Source: Octopus sinensis
Lineage: Eukaryota
Assembly: GCF_006345805.1 (NCBI RefSeq)
Contig: NW_021832224.1
Location: 310,001-374,000 of the forward strand
Direction: 5' to 3'
Length of the DNA stretch: 64,000 nucleotides
In this document: positions 1 to 14,294 of the stretch, in pieces
Layout of the letters: each line of letters starts with the position of its first letter
Position numbering within the stretch: the first letter of the stretch is position 1
Made by a program: the position numbers and the translations under genes
Notes under the pieces: generated by a model
Databases searched by the model: none
Seen by the model: only the letters and a program-made list of their open reading frames with translations
Told to the model about the DNA's origin: nothing

Positions 1-953
1 GTTACGCTATTCACAACTGACCGCCGTCAGTTCAACTTAGAGCCTAAACTATTCCTAGACAACACTCCACTGCCAGTTGAAAAATCCCCCAAAATCTTGG
101 GTCTGATATTTGATTGCTGTTTGTCCTTCTCGAAACATGTTCATATATCTGTGGAAAATCCCAGAAAAAACTCAATGTGCTCCGAGCTATTGCGGGGACT
201 TCATTTGGGCAGGATAAGGAAAGTCTAACAACTGTATACAAGCAGTTTATTAGAACAACTATGAACTACGCCATCCCTGCTTGGGGTTCCTGCTTATCTA
301 ATACAAACCTTGAAAAACTTCAGAGAACTCAAAACTCAGCATTACGAATTATTTCCGGCTGTCTAAAAACGACACCTACCGACCACCTACATTGGGAATC
401 GAAAATCCTTCCAATCAGTGACCATTTTGAAATGCTCGGGCTGCAATTTCTTGACAAATGCCGAACCCTAAATCACCCTGGCTACTTCCTCTGGCACTCC
501 ACTAACAACAGGAGAATAGTTCCGACCCTCGCGGACAAAGTCCGCAAGCTTATACGATCCCCTCCGGACATTAACCAGAAGGGGATTCACGACCTGGTGG
601 CTACGAGGGCAATCAGATGTCTTGAAATAACAAGCTTCTGGGACGCCTTCCGCCGCCAATTAATAAGATCGAATCCTCCCTCTCAAGAGAAGCCCGAGTG
701 AAATTGGCTCGTCTCCGCTGTGGCCACCATACTGGCCTACACGATTATCGCATAAAAATCGGTCTTGGTGAAATAACCCCTTCCTATTCCCTCAACGACC
801 TTTTCTCCTGTCCAGGCCCGCCTTCTACTTCCTCGGAACCCGGATCACGATCGGGGATCTTTGGGAGCGTCCGACATTGGCCCTAACGTTCTTGTTAGCC
901 ACCGGCTTCCTTCAATTGAAGGGGCGGGGGTAAATAAATAAATAAATAAATAA
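1..953 (+). mobile_element. LINE (jockey/I-like) 3' part, RT C-terminal region with (TAAA)n tail
   Basis: ORF 114-701 (KILGLIFD upstream, YKQFIRTTMNYAIPAW, LQRTQNSALRIISG...TPTDHLHWE) is typical of the LINE RT thumb; (TAAA)n tail at 931-953. Confidence 0.85.
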
Positions 954-1700
954 TATGCCTGGATTTTTCAAGCTATCGTTTTTGACATTAAAAAAGCTTA
1001 TTTAATTAATTAAAATAACGTATTAAAATGTCATTTAAATTTTCACTTAGTTATTTAACATTGTACATTTTATTTAAATGGAAAATAAATCTTCAATCGC
1101 CTCTTTATCTTTTGAAGTCTTTGGTAAAGTTCAGGGAGTATTCTTCCGAAAGGTAATTTAAATTTTAAAAATAAATTTGAACATTAGTATACTCGCCAAC
1201 AAGCAAAAAAATATAATCTCGTTGGATGGGTAAAAAATACTTGTAATCAAACAGTTGTTGGTGTAGTCCAGGGCGATATGAAAAATCTCGAAAAAATGTT
1301 TGACTTTTATAAAATTGCAGGAAATGGTGGTTAACTAACAAAGGGAGTCCTTTGTCCAGAGTTGAAAGATCTCAATTCACTGACGAAAAACACATTAAGA
1401 ATTTGGAATTTTCTGATTTTGAAATTTATAGATAATTAAGTTTGTCGAAAATGTTTTTTTAATTCTGTATTAGTTGCCATGTAGATAGACAATTAAATAT
1501 GTCGAGACATGTTTGTTAGGGTTGTTCAGACAAATACATTTTGACGAAACAATTAGCTTTCATAAATCTTGTAAAATTGGATTTGACGGTATTGTATTCA
1601 GACAAATAAAATACCCAGTCTCCTTGGAATTTCCTTGACTAGAATTTTATTTAACAGCCATTTAACAGCTATAAATTCGCTAAATTGTCTGTCTTAAAAA

Positions 1701-2140
1701 ATGGTGCAATACTCAGTCTTGAGAGCAATGGAATTTAAAAAAATTATATCTCTCGTATGCTTAGACATTTTGAAGACTTTCGACAGCGTTTTACACCGAG
1801 ACCTGGTGGAAAGGATCCAACTCTGTAAACCACCGGAAAAGGTCGTCCTCTGGCTACAGTGCTTCCTCTCAAATTGTTACTTTTTTGTTTCCGAATTGGG
1901 CTATCGCTCCAGGAACATCAAACTCCTAGGGGTGTGGCGCAAGGGTCCTCCCTCAGTCCACTTCTCTTTAATTTTGGTAATGAGCAGTTTCTCTTTGCCC
2001 TTCGACCCCTGGAAAACTCTGCTTTTACATGAAAATGACGTCCTCGTCCTTGACACCACAAAAGACGCAAAGACCTCAGAAAGAAGGTTTTCCACCTAGA
2101 GCAGTCGTCTCTTTGTATCGGACGTCAAAAATTTCTGTCA
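1701..2140 (+). mobile_element. degenerate LINE RT fragment
   Basis: ORF contains LDILKTFDSVLH (DxxKAFD motif) and a frameshifted GVxQG-like segment. Confidence 0.7.
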
Positions 2141-2237
2141 CTGTGATTGTTTTTAAAATAAAATTCTATCTGTCTTAAAAAAATAAATAAACATGATCGT
2201 TAACAAAAGAACCAGTGCAAATAAGTAGTTAGTGAAC

Positions 2238-3858
<1,621 letters not shown>

Positions 3859-4619
3859 CTAGATAAATGACGTGGATAATAAATACATAATTTATTTATA
3901 GATTAGCCATGTTAAAAATAATCAATTATACAATATTTAAAACATTAAAAATTTCTTTAAAACTAATTTTAAAAAACTAAGTCTATTCTTATTAAAAACT
4001 ATTTGTTTCAAATTTATAAAAAAAACTATCACCGAATTTGGGAGAATTATTAAGACTATTGAATAGCTTAATATTTATTGGGGGCCGACAGAAATGACAT
4101 CTTCCGCAGTTATTCAGATGAGTATAAACTATCCAACAGTTACATTAGAAGCTTGAACATTTCCAATAAACCATCTTTCAAATCAACAGATCGTCCACTT
4201 AACAAATTATTGAGTCTTCTAAAAAAAGTTTGGTAACCAATTCTGATCAGAATTAATGGAAGTGTCCCAGTATGAAAGATATTCAAGATTCTAATCCAAA
4301 TAAGAATAATCCTTCACTTTCAAAGTCATTTTTTAGAATAAATAGTTTTCATCATTTGTAAAATTGATGTTTGCCTTATTTTGTACCAAATTACATGTAT
4401 ATTCAGAGTTTATGGAGTTTGGTGACCTTCGTCTGTAAGAGGCTTTTGACTTGTCAATCTCAGTAACAAAATTTTTTGAAGATTGATTTAAAACTCATTA
4501 GTAGAATTCTATTAAATGTCATAGAATTTTAATTATTTCAATAATCATTGATAATCATCGTTGCTATTGTTGCGTAACTTCGATTTTACATTAGATTATG
4601 AGACCAGCAGCTAGTAGAA

Positions 4620-5620
4620 ACAGCAGTGCCTTTTTAGGTTTCTACCATAGGACCCTGGAGGAGTGAATATCAAATTTTTTGCCGAATAAAAAAAGACCGG
4701 GACAGCGGAATAAATTAACGGTTGAGTGTTCGTCAGCACAGCAAATGTAACAGAAGAGGGAGATCAAGATGTTCATTTTGTGTGCATAGTGGTTTAGTGA
4801 GTGGTGATTGCCAGAGCGGAAACAAGCAAGGTTTATCTGAGCGGAACGGTCAAGAAGCATTTCTGAAGGGTGAACATCCAGTGGGAGTTTATTGAGGACC
4901 GAGTTAGACGGACCGAGAATCGTAAATTCTTTTCATTGGATATGAACATTGGTGCAGGCCATCAATTTTAGCAATGGTCCAGGAATATATTGCCGGTGTA
5001 TTCTTTAATGAACGATCATTTCCGTTTACCACATTTAGATAAGAAAAAAGATGATTCGGATTTCGCGATGCAAATATGAATTGTGCTCGTCTCATATTTA
5101 GATGTTCTGATATTTAAAAGGTTTGTTTCACAGTGGAGGTGATCGATTAGCGTTGATTTCAGACACCCAGATGTACTGCGCATGACCTTGTTTTGTACTG
5201 ATTGAAGTGCCATTGTCGAATCTGTAGATAGGCAGGGCGCCCAGTTTGGACTCGCGTAACTTAATATGGGTCGTGGAATGCCAGTCGGTTTTTTTGGTTT
5301 GATTAGTGGGATAATACATGATTTCTTCCAAGGGGATGATATTTCGTTTTTTCCAACAGAATTGTTGAAAATAGAAATTATTGCATTGATAGCATTAGGA
5401 CCAAGTCTTTTGAGATGATAGATTGAAATTTTGTCAGGGCCAGCTGCAGGGGAGTTTTTAATACATTGCGAGACTTCATCCGCAGTGAAAGTCGGTATAG
5501 AATCTTTGAAGAGGAGTCTTGCAAGAGATTTGGCGACTTTCCGGTCGTATTTGTTAAACAGTATCATCTCTAAATAAGCAATAAATTGAAATTCGTCATC
5601 ATTGGAGTTCAATCTACCAT
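4620..5620 (-). mobile_element. degenerate LINE RT fragment (same general type as 1-953)
   Basis: ORF 5016-5612: AAGPDKISIYHLK, WKKSCIIPLIKPKK, RPILSYASPNWAP, LQSVQNKVMRSTSGCLKST; internally deleted. Confidence 0.8.
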
Positions 5621-6990
5621 CACATCTTTACTGCGACTCGAGCGGAGTAAAACAAAACATCATCAGTCAAACAAATTTGTAAAAAAACAATTTTTTCTTT
5701 ATGAACGATCAAAGTAGACGTTGTCCTATCTTTCTTGTACGACCAAGAGTCATTTTGACCACTTTACTAAATGAAAATCTATAAAGGGCCCCAGAGTGGC
5801 CCAGATCGGAACTCTCTCCGAGTAATTACCACAAACAGGAGAGGCTGAAAGAAATCATGTGGAAGGATAGAATTCGTGGCATTTAATTAATTTATGATTT
5901 TCAGAGAACGCTTATTAATAAAATTAAAGTTCAAAGAAGTTAACATAATAAATGATTTAGGTCGTTATGATTAAAACTTCAAGGATGAACACAACAATTT
6001 CCTATTAAATACAAGAGACTGAAGAAACTAGTGTCCATTTTGTAAGAAAAAATTAACTTGTACGGCCAAATAACGTAACCGAATAATGGGTGGTTCGATA
6101 GATTACATTACTTATTGTTGAATTCTAATATTGTCTGATATTCCAATTATAATTTTGTCTAAAAATCTGGTTTGTAATTTTTAAAAATCAATAAGGATTC
6201 TTGTTCATAAAGAAGTATATGAAAGCGAATAATGGTTGAATTAAATCATTATTGAACAAGCATCTAAGTACATTTAAATAAAATATTTAATTTGTATCAA
6301 GATCCGGAAATTAAAATCTTTTTGAGGAGTTTTCATTATTTATGGGCATCTCATCAGATACGAACTCCCCAAGGAACGGATCTTCGGATGAGATATTGAG
6401 CCTCCTACCGTTTAAAACAGCCGCATTACAATAAAAAGAAACTAAAAGACAAGAGTAACTAATGGATATCCTACCTCGGAATTAATTAAAGATAATTAAC
6501 TTTCTTGTTCTCTTTTGATTTTAAAACTCTGTGGCTGTCACAAGCTTTGCCGCGATCCATGGCTTTGCAAAAGTGCTATGCTATGTTAAATAAAAATGTC
6601 AAGGTTGTTTTTGTTTAATTTGGTATCAGTTGGTAATCGATTGAATGCTTTTTCAATTTTTTTGTTTTTATGTCAAATTTTCGGGAAACGTTCATGTGGA
6701 CATAACTTTATTACGCCGTCATATACAAGCACCGTTCTTCGTTTGGATTCATCGTCTAGCCATGTGTATAAAATTATATATTTTTAACAGATACTAGACA
6801 AGGGAACAGTAATTTACAGCAATTCACAAAACACTATCCCCTACTATAGCCAGCATAACTGTCTTTATAATACTCGGTGTATTGACTGGTCCTTAATAAC
6901 TTTCCTCAACTCTTTCTCTATTTGTTTAATTAATTTTACATAGAAGCCATTGAAAACGCAAAAAAACTTAATGTTTGCAACTACAGAATA

Positions 6991-7655
6991 CAACTGGCTG
7001 CCTTCTTAATGATGAAGCCGTAAGAATTGGAGTTTGTCTGCGCCTCGGTCTACGCGTTTATGAAAAACACCAATGCCGGTGCGGCGTGTGGACTGACGAG
7101 TTTGGATATCACTCCCTCTCCTGTCGAAACGGAATTGGACGTTCCTCACGGCATTCCGAACTGAACCAGATCATCTGTCGATCTCTTCGAACTGCTGGAT
7201 TCCACACACAATTGGAACCTGCAGGGATTTTCGTAGAGGACGGCAGAAGACCCGATGGATGACCACATTTCCATTCCAGAGGGGAAAGTGTCTGGTTGGG
7301 ACGTCACGTGTGTGAACTCCTTTTCTAAACAGAACATCAAATTATGCATCGAGAATCCTGGAGCCCCGTCTGAACGGGCTGAGAAAAGAAAAGCTGAGAA
7401 ATACGCTGGAATTGGGAACGGGAGAGTGTTTGTCCCCCTGGCTGTTGAGACCTCAGGAATACAGGGGCCTTCTACTCGGACCCTACTCCAGCGTATTGCC
7501 TCAATAATCGAAAGGGTTACCGGCGACCCGTGTGAGCACCGGTATTTAATCGAAAGAATATCTATAGACATAGTCAGAGGCAATACTCTGGCTATCTGCC
7601 AATGACTATTTCTCTTTTAATTTGAAATAAATTAATTTAAAAAAAAAAAAAAAAA
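6991..7655 (+). mobile_element. 5'-truncated CRE-like REL retrotransposon with poly(A) and 12-bp TSD
   Basis: CRCGVWTDEFGYHSLSC (CCHC), RRPDG...WDVTC, PLAVETSG, ERISIDIVRGN; poly(A) ~7637-7655; AACTACAGAATA at 6979-6990 and 7656-7667. Confidence 0.9.
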
Positions 7656-8939
7656 AACTACAGAATATTTTATTAAATCCCACAATATGAAAAAATCTTC
7701 TTTATTGGCGTATAATTAATTTTCTTAAAAAATAATTTCGTAGAGTACGGTGATTAGAATGACATAATTTGTATTTTAATGCTACACGAAATAATTTTCT
7801 AAGTAAATGATCAAAATTTAAAAATGAACAATCCCGAATTTGTAAATATTATTATAAATTTTTTGTAAAAAAATTTTGAATTTTTTACCGTCTTTTATGG
7901 ATGAGTGATACAATTGTAATGGGAAAATATTCAAAACTGAAGGACTACGAACTTCCACGCTCTGAAATAGAGTCAGTTGCCTTTCTTCAGGAGACTGGAA
8001 TCTGCCCAAAGAAATGCTTTAAAGACATTTGATAACCTTTCAGGGGAGAATACAACATGGATGTGCGATAAAAGCGCGTTTTGAATTTATAATTCTGTAG
8101 AAACGATATAATATTAAACTACTTTATTTTTAGCTACGTGACTCAAAGGGACGACAGTTTCCTTGTGTATCGATTTAGATATATGTGGAGCTTTGACAGA
8201 CATACAATTTCATGGTGTCGGCCTCAACTAGAATGCTGCATCCATAAATAGGTCTCACTCCCTGAAGAGGTTTATTTAGCTAATTGTACGAACAAACTAA
8301 TTAGTATTATATATGTGGAATTAAAAAAAATTTTCAAGTTGATGAGAACGAAAAAACAATGCAGGAACGATTCTTTCTCAATAGTAGGTGTTCAAGATGG
8401 TTCCTGATCGGTCTAAAAGAACTCCAACAGTAGCTATACAGCAAAATATCGCACTGGAATCGGTGATACAGACTGAAAAATGAAAATTAAATTAATATAT
8501 TCTTAGAAATAGGTTATTCAAAGACAGATATTACCTCAAAGTTAATCATAGGTTTATTAAAATTCGTTTTCTAAATTTGCTGACGAAATTTTGTAGACCC
8601 GAGGACAGTTTTACATAGGCAGACTTTTGAGAGGTTCATATAAAAATTAATAGGAAAATTTAGAATGTGGGGAAGCGAATAAATGAGCAATAAAAGACAA
8701 AGAGGTACCTTGCGTCACTTTATTGGTTCATATTTTTCAGATATTAAATACTCAAAGTTATTTTATATAATTTTTATGAAGAAGGCAAGAAGCTTATTTA
8801 GTGTGGCACACAAGTATCGATTTATTAGCAATTTCAGCTATTGGTTAATTTTTTGTTACTAACTCGCTCGATTTATTTGCTTATCACAAAATTTTTGCCT
8901 GTTCAAGAATTGCAATAGGTTAAGTCGATTCAAAAACAT

Positions 8940-9330
8940 TATTAAAATACTTTTGAAGTTGTTTCCAATGGGACTATCTGTACTTGAGAATCGTATAGAA
9001 ACAAGCGTTCACACTAAATCATACTTGCGACACTTTTAACTACTACTTGTTTGAGACTATCCTGTGAAGTAATGCCCACTTCAATTAGAGTTTTTTTCTA
9101 TTCGGATTTTTTGTGCAGAAAAATATCTGGCTTGTTGAACTGTATTTTAGTTTCAGCGAAAATTGACATATCACTTTTGATTTTAACGTTTCTTGTTAAA
9201 TGAAAAGATGTTCCTTCACCTTTTTGCTTTTTTAAATACATAAATTCGACACAGATGGAGGTTAATACATTTTACGACTTCATTAAATCTTCGTAGATAA
9301 TCACATAGTTGATTCTTTTCTTCGCATAGT
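8940..9330 (-). mobile_element. degenerate R4/Dong-like REL fragment
   Basis: Minus strand reads NKPDIFLHKK..TLIEVGITSQDSLKQV..KYDL with stops; homologous to 12750-13349. Confidence 0.75.
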
Positions 9331-10470
9331 TGATTCATCAGTTGATTTTTGAATTCCAATCCGTTGTCCGTTTTTAAATTTTGACAATATCCAATTTGAC
9401 AAAAAATCTTTAGTATTTCCTAGTGGAATTATTGGTGAATAGCGAAAGCCAGTGTTCTCATCTTCATTTCATTTTCCATGCAGATAACCAATTTGTGTTT
9501 TTAGTTATTATCATCCTTTAAATAAATTAGAAATTAAAAATAGCGATCATCAATTATCATAAATTGTTTAATTAAAATGAGCTAAATCCTTTTTATAATA
9601 AATTATTTTCGTTATTAATTAAATGTCAACCGGTTACGTATCATGAACGCGTTACGGGGCATTTAAATTAGCTGTAATTATTATAAATAGCCTTATTTTT
9701 TTCACAAAACCGACAATTTATAGGGATTATCTACTAGGTCACAGTGCCACAGTATAATTACTACTATTAAATAAACACGTCAAAACATCATTAAATGTTT
9801 AAAATTAGATTTGTTACGAAAATGCAGAAACGGATGTGTTAAAATTTCATAAACATAAAAGATTAAAACCCATTTATAATATTAAAATATGTGTGTCACT
9901 AGAAAGCATGGTGGTGGAGCATAGAAATGGCATTCATACGCCTCAAGAAGAATTCATTAAGACAACTAGCTAGTTGGTTAAAATGACAAACCAATTTTGC
10001 AAAGACCCCTTGGATGAAACTACTGAACAAATTATAAATAACTCGGAGAATAAAAGAGATAGTGCGTTGATGGATAATTCTCTCAAGAGAAGAAAAATTT
10101 CTGAAGACCAGGATCAATGAATTAATTAATTTCTTTAGTTGTTGTTAAATAATATTTATCTTAAAATATATTGGAATTTTTACCAAACAAATTAGTAAAA
10201 TTTTATGGATAAAAAATAATTGTCGTTCTTTTTGATATGAGACTATATCATGGGTAGATAAATGTACTAATAAATTTAAATCGATCGTTTATTTAAAGAT
10301 GATGTCAAATTTAATTCTTTGATGTTTATTAAGAAAGAAATAATTTAATTATTAATCACAGCAAACTATTTCTTTGATCAAGCAAATCAATTAAAATAAG
10401 AGACGGCAAAAATTTCAATTTCAAAAAATAAATTTTTTAATATTTAATCATAAAAAATCTACGCAATTCA

Positions 10471-10854
10471 ATGGAACACTACCGATGGGCTGAGAATCAA
10501 TCTTCGAAGAAAATTCCTTTAACTCAGATTTCAAATCAAGAAAAATTTGATATCCCAAATTGGTCATTTCCAAAATTAATGAAAACAAACTGCTCAGATG
10601 AAATGAGTTAAAATGATGCTATTTATTTAATAGAAGCAAAGAAACGTAAAAGAAATATAAGTGAACAGCAGCGGTCTCTAGCAAACTTGAGAGAAAGACA
10701 ACGAACAGTCGACTTAAATGCAGCATTTAGTCAACTCGGAATGTTATTGCCAATACAAAAAAATCAAAAGCTTTCAAAGATAAAGAAACTAAAACTTTCG
10801 ATATTATATATTCAATTTCTCAATGAACTTATTAGAAATGACGAAAATAAATAA
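10471..10854 (+). CDS. Twist/Paraxis/Hand-family bHLH transcription factor, 118 aa, 1 intron (10607-10633)
   Basis: QQRSLANLRERQRTVDLNAAFSQLGMLLPIQKNQKLSKIKKLKLSILYIQFLNELI matches the Twist-class bHLH pattern (QRxxANxRERQRT..LN.AF..L...IP...KLSKI..L.LA..YI.FL). Confidence 0.85.
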
Positions 10855-10986
10855 TATTTTGTTTTTTGATTGGGTTGTTTGTATATTTACTATGAGTTTT
10901 TTATGAGGTATCTTTATTTTATTTATGTTTACTAAATTTTTTTATAATTAATTTAATTGATTTTTTGAATTAAATTAATTAATTGT

Positions 10987-11824
10987 ATGTCTACTTCGAA
11001 TTATGTGTCACTGTTGGTTGTCAACCCTACAAGCTTATTGGAGTACAAAAAGTCTTTTCCAACCCATATATCAGTAGGTGAATTGAAGGTATATACTTAA
11101 ATATAACTGAAAATTTAATTTAGAACAGAATCGAGCTTATTACTGCTATAGACAGTAAAAATATGATTCTGACTGTTTCCAGTCAGAATAAACTTCCATA
11201 TTGTGTATTAGACGACGAATTGTGCACTTTAAATACATTTAATCTCCAAAACGACATGATTTTAACCGTTTTTATTAGAATATCACCTCAAAGGTCGAAT
11301 CTCGTGTTTATGACGAGCCTGATACTCAAGTAAATAAGTTTGAGCTCAGCCAGGAAGCCTACGAAAATCGTTCTGGTATTCTGTTTTTGACATTTCTTCA
11401 GAGAGTTTACTCAATTTTAAACTTAAAAACAAACTTGGAAGATTCGGAAACGGAGAACAGAACGCCTCAGTCAGTCCTGTCGAGTTGGAGACAATAAAAA
11501 TTGACGATAGGTATTGTTTCCATGTCAACTTAAAGATGTAAAGTGTCGGTTCCAGGACAGCCAACTCGTTTTGGAAGAGTGGCTTTTAAAGGTGGAGAAT
11601 TAGTAGGCAATTTAGGTGAGACTGAGTTTTCTTCAGGATTGTGGATTGGTGTGATTTATGATCTTCCTTATGGAAAGAATAATGGATCGTTTGTGGGTGT
11701 GTTTTATTGTAGTGTAAGTGGAGTTACTTATTTTTCATGTGAGGAGGATTTCGGTGGATTTGTTCGTCCTTCGACTGTGACTGTCGGGAACTTTTCTGAG
11801 GATAATTTTGATGATGAATTCTAA
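10987..11824 (+). CDS. TBCB: tubulin-folding cofactor B (UBL + CAP-Gly), 225 aa, 6 introns
   Basis: N-terminal UBL-like (ISVGELKNRIELIT), KFELSQEAYENR, CAP-Gly [49 protein letters not shown]; introns 35,26,26,25,24,24 nt give an intact frame. Confidence 0.93.
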
Positions 11825-11894
11825 CTTACTTTTCGAGTTTTGATATCTTTTTAAATACATCAACAAGTTGAATTTTGGCTATATTATTGAGGAA

Positions 11895-12530
11895 TTTTTT
11901 TTTTTTTTTTTTTTTATAAAAAGAACTTAATACAGTCAAATTAATTAATAGGATTAATGTCGTGAACTTGAGGGTTAGTCCGACGACGAAGCACTGCGGA
12001 TAGAGAGGCAGTTCCCGCGAAGAATTGCAACCGAGATGCGCTGGAAAAGCCAGCTCGTCTCCCTCCGGTCATTTGTATTCTGTGAGATTCTTCCTCCCAC
12101 AACCGTAACAGATTTTCTACCTTCTTTCCAACCACACGGAGGTCTCAAAGGCTAGGGGACAAACTCAACGACGTTCGGAAGCACAGCGTACTTCGTCAAC
12201 TTCCTTTCTTCTGCCAGCGCACATGCGTAGCCTGGTGTACTGGCTGTTCCTGTGAGCACAGTATCTGAAAAGGAGTCGACGCAAGTTACATCCCAAACAA
12301 GAGACCTTCCTCCTCTAAAGGGAATATAGTCATCCCGTCGACGCTTTCCGTCACTGCGGCAGAGCCCAATAGGTTCAAGGGTCGATGGGAATCCCGCAAA
12401 TCCAAAGCCCTTTTCACCACTTCATTGAGGAGGACGTGGCGGGGAAATCGGCCAGCACTCCTCCTACAGGACAATGCGTGTAAACGTTCGAAGGAATCAA
12501 AAACCACAGCGACAACGGTGAGGTTGGCAG
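11895..12530 (-). mobile_element. 5'-truncated CRE-like REL retrotransposon with poly(A) and 9-bp TSD
   Basis: [45 protein letters not shown] on the minus strand; poly(T) 11895-11916; ATTGAGGAA at 11886-11894 and 12531-12539. Confidence 0.9.
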
Positions 12531-12700
12531 ATTGAGGAAATTAGATAAAAATATTTTTTAAAATAGAGCAACTAGTTTAATTTTAGCTATATTATTGAGG
12601 AAAACAAAATTAGATAAAAATATTTTTTAAAATAGATGAACTAGTTGTATTTTACCTATATTATTGTGAAAGACAAAATTAGATAAAGATATTTTTAACA
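12531..12700. repeat. AT-rich tandem repeat, ~68-bp unit, ~2.5 copies (a further partial unit lies left of the CRE insertion)
   Basis: AATTAGATAAAAATATTTTTTAAAATAGA..AACTAGTT..ATTT..CTATATTATTG recurs three times; a partial unit precedes 11895. Confidence 0.8.
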
Positions 12701-12749
12701 GCGGATTCTAATCATATTTATTTGAAAAGTTCAGATAAAATGTCTGCTT

Positions 12750-13349
12750 TCAGTCGATTCTCCTTCTCTTCGAGCCCGAGCAAATGTCTTCGACGGGTAC
12801 ACTTATCCATATTACAAGGCAGGCCACTTTTGTGGTTGTTCTCGAGTCCGATTTAATTGCATGCTTCGCCGCTGTAGGAAGGAGTTTATACTCCGGGCGC
12901 ATGCTTTCCAATGTTCTCTTGATCACGATTGACTGAATATAAGCTCTCGTAGATTCCTGGACTTGTAAGGAGTTCTGGTAGTGTTTATAAAATTTGGATG
13001 TTATTCCATCCCACGCGAGAACCAATGGTAAGACATTCACCTTTGCATTATGGATTAACCTCAATTCGCTTGCCAAAAAGTCGTATTTATGTGATTTCTC
13101 AACTTTCACATCCTTCAAAGATTGTTGAGAAGTAATCCCAACTTCGATCCAAACTTTGTTGTAGACAAAAATGTCTGGTTTATTATTGACTATAGTATCC
13201 GTCTTGATCGTCATTTCCACCCGTATTTCGACCACCTCATTAGAGACAGTCAACTTCCAAGACTGTTTTATCCCATATTTTCGGCAGATGTGCAAGTGAA
13301 TGCACCTTACAACCTCATTGTGGCGACGCAGGTAATCGCTTTTAAACAT
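12750..13349 (-). mobile_element. R4/Dong-like non-LTR retrotransposon, REL endonuclease C-terminal fragment
   Basis: DYLRRHNEVVRCIH, NNKPDIFV, IEVGITS, EKSHKYDFLASEL, PLVLAWDG. Confidence 0.88.
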
Positions 13350-13668
13350 TCTTGTAGCAAGGGAATATTTACAATTTTTAGAATTAGAATCAAACTATTG
13401 GTTTTCTATAAGAATTGTTAATGGTTAGAAAATTAATAATATTCGGTAGTTACAAAATGATATTTCGATTTTTTAAGGAAAAATAAACTGAGAAATATAT
13501 TTAACGAATATTTGATGACGTTTTACCATTTTAATAAACAGTAATAATTTTTAGACCAATAATGATGGCGGTAGTTACAAATTTCGATTTTTAAGGAAAA
13601 TTAAACTGAGAAATATACGAATGATATTAAAAAAATCAAATTAAATTGAAAAGATGTCAAATAATAAA

Positions 13669-14017
13669 TTACTGTTGATGATTAAGAAGACGATCGGAAT
13701 AAGCTTTTGAAACAATTTGCCATGATTCAATGTACCGGTCGTGACAGCTAGATAGACAATCCTCGAAACATTAATATATATTTTATACCTTATCAGCACT
13801 CCGTAACTGACTTGCTGGCTTAGTAATACACTTGGTAAAACATTTATCGGTTAATGTCTATTCGATATGAATATATTTAAATTACTTTTAAAAACGTCTG
13901 CATATTAGCAATGGCAACTTCTTCTTTTACTTGGGTCATTAATTTCTCACGAGTTTCAGAAGACATTGACCCACTGTTGGCTCCATACGAATTGTCATTA
14001 AGTCCAAATTGAGACAT
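13669..14017 (-). CDS. TIMM13: mitochondrial import inner membrane translocase subunit Tim13, 97 aa, 2 introns
   Basis: LMTQVKEEVAIANMQTFLKTLTDKCFTKCITKP...DKDCLSSCHDRYIESWQIVSKAYSDRL: twin CX3C motif and Tim13 signature; introns 28 and 27 nt. Confidence 0.93.
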
Positions 14018-14294
14018 TTTTAATTCTATTTTATATAACACACAGAATAAACACGTTGCTAAAAATAATTAATAATAACAAATTTATGTTTATTAAATTA
14101 ATTTATTTAATAAATTGAACTCAATAAAAGTTGTATTTTTAATATGAAAAAGCAGAAATAAACTTTAAGAAAATCTAAAGACAAAAATCATTTGTGACAA
14201 AAATATAATTAGTTAAATTATATTAATATTTAATGTATTATTTAATATTTATAATTACAATAAATTACTAGTCCATATACTTGAGTTTGTGCTT
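14018..14294. promoter_or_regulatory. putative bidirectional promoter between TIMM13 and SRRM1
   Basis: 277-bp, very AT-rich interval between two divergent ATGs; position-based inference only. Confidence 0.5.

Noticed and set aside
12531-12700. Regularly spaced repeats suggestive of a CRISPR array
   Set aside because: Whole units repeat with no unique spacers, there are no cas genes, and the context is eukaryotic
13445-13630. ~60-bp direct repeat pair near the TIMM13 3' end
   Set aside because: Probably a local slippage duplication at a TE edge; no structure suggesting function
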